From an uncultured Clostridia bacterium (GTDB lineage Bacteria > Bacillota > Clostridia > TANB77 > CAG-508): a DNA stretch of 48,339 nt. The notes beneath the pieces were generated by a model. That model did not search any database. It worked only from the letters and a program-made list of their open reading frames with translations, and was not told where the DNA came from. Where the stretch lies: assembly GCA_947628775.1 (NCBI GenBank), contig CANRBI010000003.1, positions 1-48,339 on the forward strand, written 5' to 3'. A program made the translations under genes and the position numbers. This document shows, in pieces, positions 46,528 to 48,339 of the stretch. Numbering within the stretch: the stretch's first letter is position 1; each line of letters begins with the position of its first letter.

Positions 46528-48339
46528 CTAAGGAGCCAAGGCGACGCGGAAACCGCCGGTGCTGAATGCGAAACCGTCACACCCGTCTGAAGAAAACACA
46601 CCTGTTTGACCAAAATCTCTGTAATAATTTCCACGACAGACGAATGGATGGTTAGAATCCATAACTTGAGCGTTGTCGGAGAACCAACTAGAGCTTGATG
46701 AATAATTCTTTTTAACCTCTTTTGTCATATCCCCTGTTTTGCTTACTGTATATATTGTAACCCCATCATAATTTGAAGTTCCATTTGTATATACAGTTGC
46801 CCATTTTGTACTACTCTTTCCTGCTGCTGCCCATGTTGCTGCATCTGGATGACTCCATAACTCCCCTTTTATATCAAATGCTGCTACGTGTTCATACACA
46901 CCTCCACTTAAGTCATATATTCCATATATATTTCCTGTTGAACTCGCCATTTGTCCTGCTTCTGTATCATATTGATTATCTGTTGCAGTTGTTTCTTTTG
47001 AACTTGCTGTATTTCCTGCTATTCCTGTTACACAATCATCATTATTATTTATATATATCTCATGTCCATTTCTTCCGTATTGACTATGTGTTAGACATGC
47101 TACTGCTCCCCATTCACTATTTTTCATTAAATGGCTACTCTTTTCACCTGCATAACTTTGTCCATAATCATACATCTTTCCTATTGTTATATCTCTTACT
47201 GCCATTACTGATGGTAAACTTTTAAATGTACTTGAACCTCCCTTACTTGTTAATGATGCATTTGAATAGCTCATTTCAAATTTTGCTACCCAGAATCCGG
47301 CTAAATCACTATCCCATCCACCATTGTCATAGTTGTTATCTGTATTTTTCATAAATGCTGGGTGTATTATATATGATTTTCTTCCTGTATCTATTGTTTT
47401 TATCCCGCTATCTAGGTCATATTTTTTATTTCCTTCTGCATCTACTATTCCTCTTGCATCTTCATATCCGGTTACTACTTGTCTTGTTTCGTCTTGGTAA
47501 TATGTTATTCTGTATGCAAATCTTGGTATCCACACAAAATAGCTTCCGTCTGAATTTTTGGCATTCGCCCAGTGACTATTTTTATTGTCTTCTGTTCCTG
47601 TTCCTGCTGTATAACTATACCAGTTTGAATCTCCTGTTGTCGTTTCACTTTCTGATGTTCCATCCCATTTTACTGGAGTTAATGGTGATGAACTTCCTAC
47701 CACTGGTGCATTTGGAGTTGAGATTATTTCATTACTTGTATTTAACCATACTACATCTATTGTTCCAAATTCTGTTGTAAATGCTCCTGTTTGTATTTCT
47801 ATTTCTGTTACTCCTACTTCATATGTTTTTGAATTTCCTACTTTGTCTGTTATTGTGAAGTGATATGTTCCATTTTCTGTTACTGTGAATTTTGTTTTTC
47901 TTGTTGTTGCTGTTGTTTCTTCTCCTGATTGTTTTGTTATATCTACTTTATCTGTTGTCTCTATACTTTCTATTCCGTTTTCATCTTCTCCTGTTATTTC
48001 TATTGTTACTGATTTTTTATCTGCTGCTGTACTTTTTGTGTGGCTTGCTTCTGGTGGTTCTTTGTCTACATTTGTTACTTGTACTGTGTATGGATCTGAT
48101 ATATTTCCTACTGTGTCTTTTGCCCATGCATAGTATGTTCCATTTGCATATGTTTCTTCACTTGTCCATTCTCCTGCTGTTTTTTCTTTCCATGCTTCTG
48201 CTGGTATTTGTTCTTTTGTATTTTGGTCTGATGTTGTTATTGCATATGCTGCTAGTCCTGCTATTCCTTGGTCTTCTGCTTGTACTGTTATTGCTTTGTC
48301 TGTGTTTGTTAGTTCTGTTGGAGCTGTTGCTGAACTTAT
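46528..48339 (-). CDS. Partial (5'-truncated by window edge) large surface protein with C-terminal FGE-sulfatase/SUMF1-like domain
   Basis: The reading frame stays open from 47703 to the window end, with no in-frame tta/cta/tca on the plus strand. The upstream part is Thr/Val/Glu-rich and beta-sandwich-like. The C-terminal 'GNIYGIYDLSGGVYEHVA ... CRGNYY ... GFRVA' resembles the GxYDMxGNVWEW ... RGGS ... GFR pattern. Confidence 0.65.
   Translation of the reverse strand: MSSATAPTELTNTDKAITVQAEDQGIAGLAAYAITTSDQNTKEQIPAEAWKEKTAGEWTSEETYANGTYYAWAKDTVGNISDPYTVQVTNVDKEPPEASHTKSTAADKKSVTIEITGEDENGIESIETTDKVDITKQSGEETTATTRKTKFTVTENGTYHFTITDKVGNSKTYEVGVTEIEIQTGAFTTEFGTIDVVWLNTSNEIISTPNAPVVGSSSPLTPVKWDGTSESETTTGDSNWYSYTAGTGTEDNKNSHWANAKNSDGSYFVWIPRFAYRITYYQDETRQVVTGYEDARGIVDAEGNKKYDLDSGIKTIDTGRKSYIIHPAFMKNTDNNYDNGGWDSDLAGFWVAKFEMSYSNASLTSKGGSSTFKSLPSVMAVRDITIGKMYDYGQSYAGEKSSHLMKNSEWGAVACLTHSQYGRNGHEIYINNNDDCVTGIAGNTASSKETTATDNQYDTEAGQMASSTGNIYGIYDLSGGVYEHVAAFDIKGELWSHPDAATWAAAGKSSTKWATVYTNGTSNYDGVTIYTVSKTGDMTKEVKKNYSSSSSWFSDNAQVMDSNHPFVCRGNYYRDFGQTGVFSSDGCDGFAFSTGGFRVALAP

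Overview
Low-GC (roughly 28-30% by eye) chromosomal window from a spore-forming Firmicute/Clostridia-like genome, supported by yabP-yabQ-divIC, der-plsY-gpsA and RNase P RNA. Almost all genes lie on the minus strand. The many long plus-strand ORFs in the track are Leu/Phe/Ser-rich antisense artefacts. Three blocks are present. (1) Positions 63-16676 hold a tightly packed 14-gene surface-glycan operon on the minus strand. It encodes a CapD/PglF-type dehydratase, a PglE-type aminotransferase, a PglC-type priming transferase broken by two frameshifts, a GNAT, a DegT-like enzyme and a FemAB-like enzyme. It also encodes GT4 transferases, the UDP-L-FucNAc genes fnlA/fnlB/fnlC interrupted by an OafA-like O-acyltransferase, and a Wzy-like polymerase. 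(2) Positions 16677-19294, directly upstream of that operon, are the most unusual part. A tyrosine recombinase gene is bracketed by 21-bp inverted repeats (20/21 identical) with a lox/FRT-like arm-spacer-arm layout. Just inside the left repeat, a near-consensus extended -10 promoter fires outward into a TnpB-like gene. By-eye alignment suggests all three RuvC catalytic residues of that protein are substituted, which would make it a TldR-like dead nuclease. The gene is followed by three tandem stem-loops and then the glycan operon. I interpret this as a Hin-like invertible ON/OFF cassette that co-expresses a candidate RNA-guided repressor with a surface glycan locus; this is inference and is not proven from sequence alone. 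(3) Positions 19300-48339 are housekeeping and accessory genes. They include a HEPN-MNT pair coupled to the rho 3' end, rho, divIC, yabQ, yabP, aspartate kinase and prfB with its programmed +1 frameshift. They also include secA, a higher-GC orphan ORF, a 1177-aa protein with eight Big_2 domains and an MBL-fold domain, guaA, pfk, rluA-family, DUF4116, trmB, rnpB, gpsA, plsY and der. A partial surface protein with an FGE-sulfatase-like C-terminus runs off the right edge. A ~40-nt motif recurs upstream of yabP, plsY and der. No CRISPR array, tRNA, rRNA or canonical transposase was seen.
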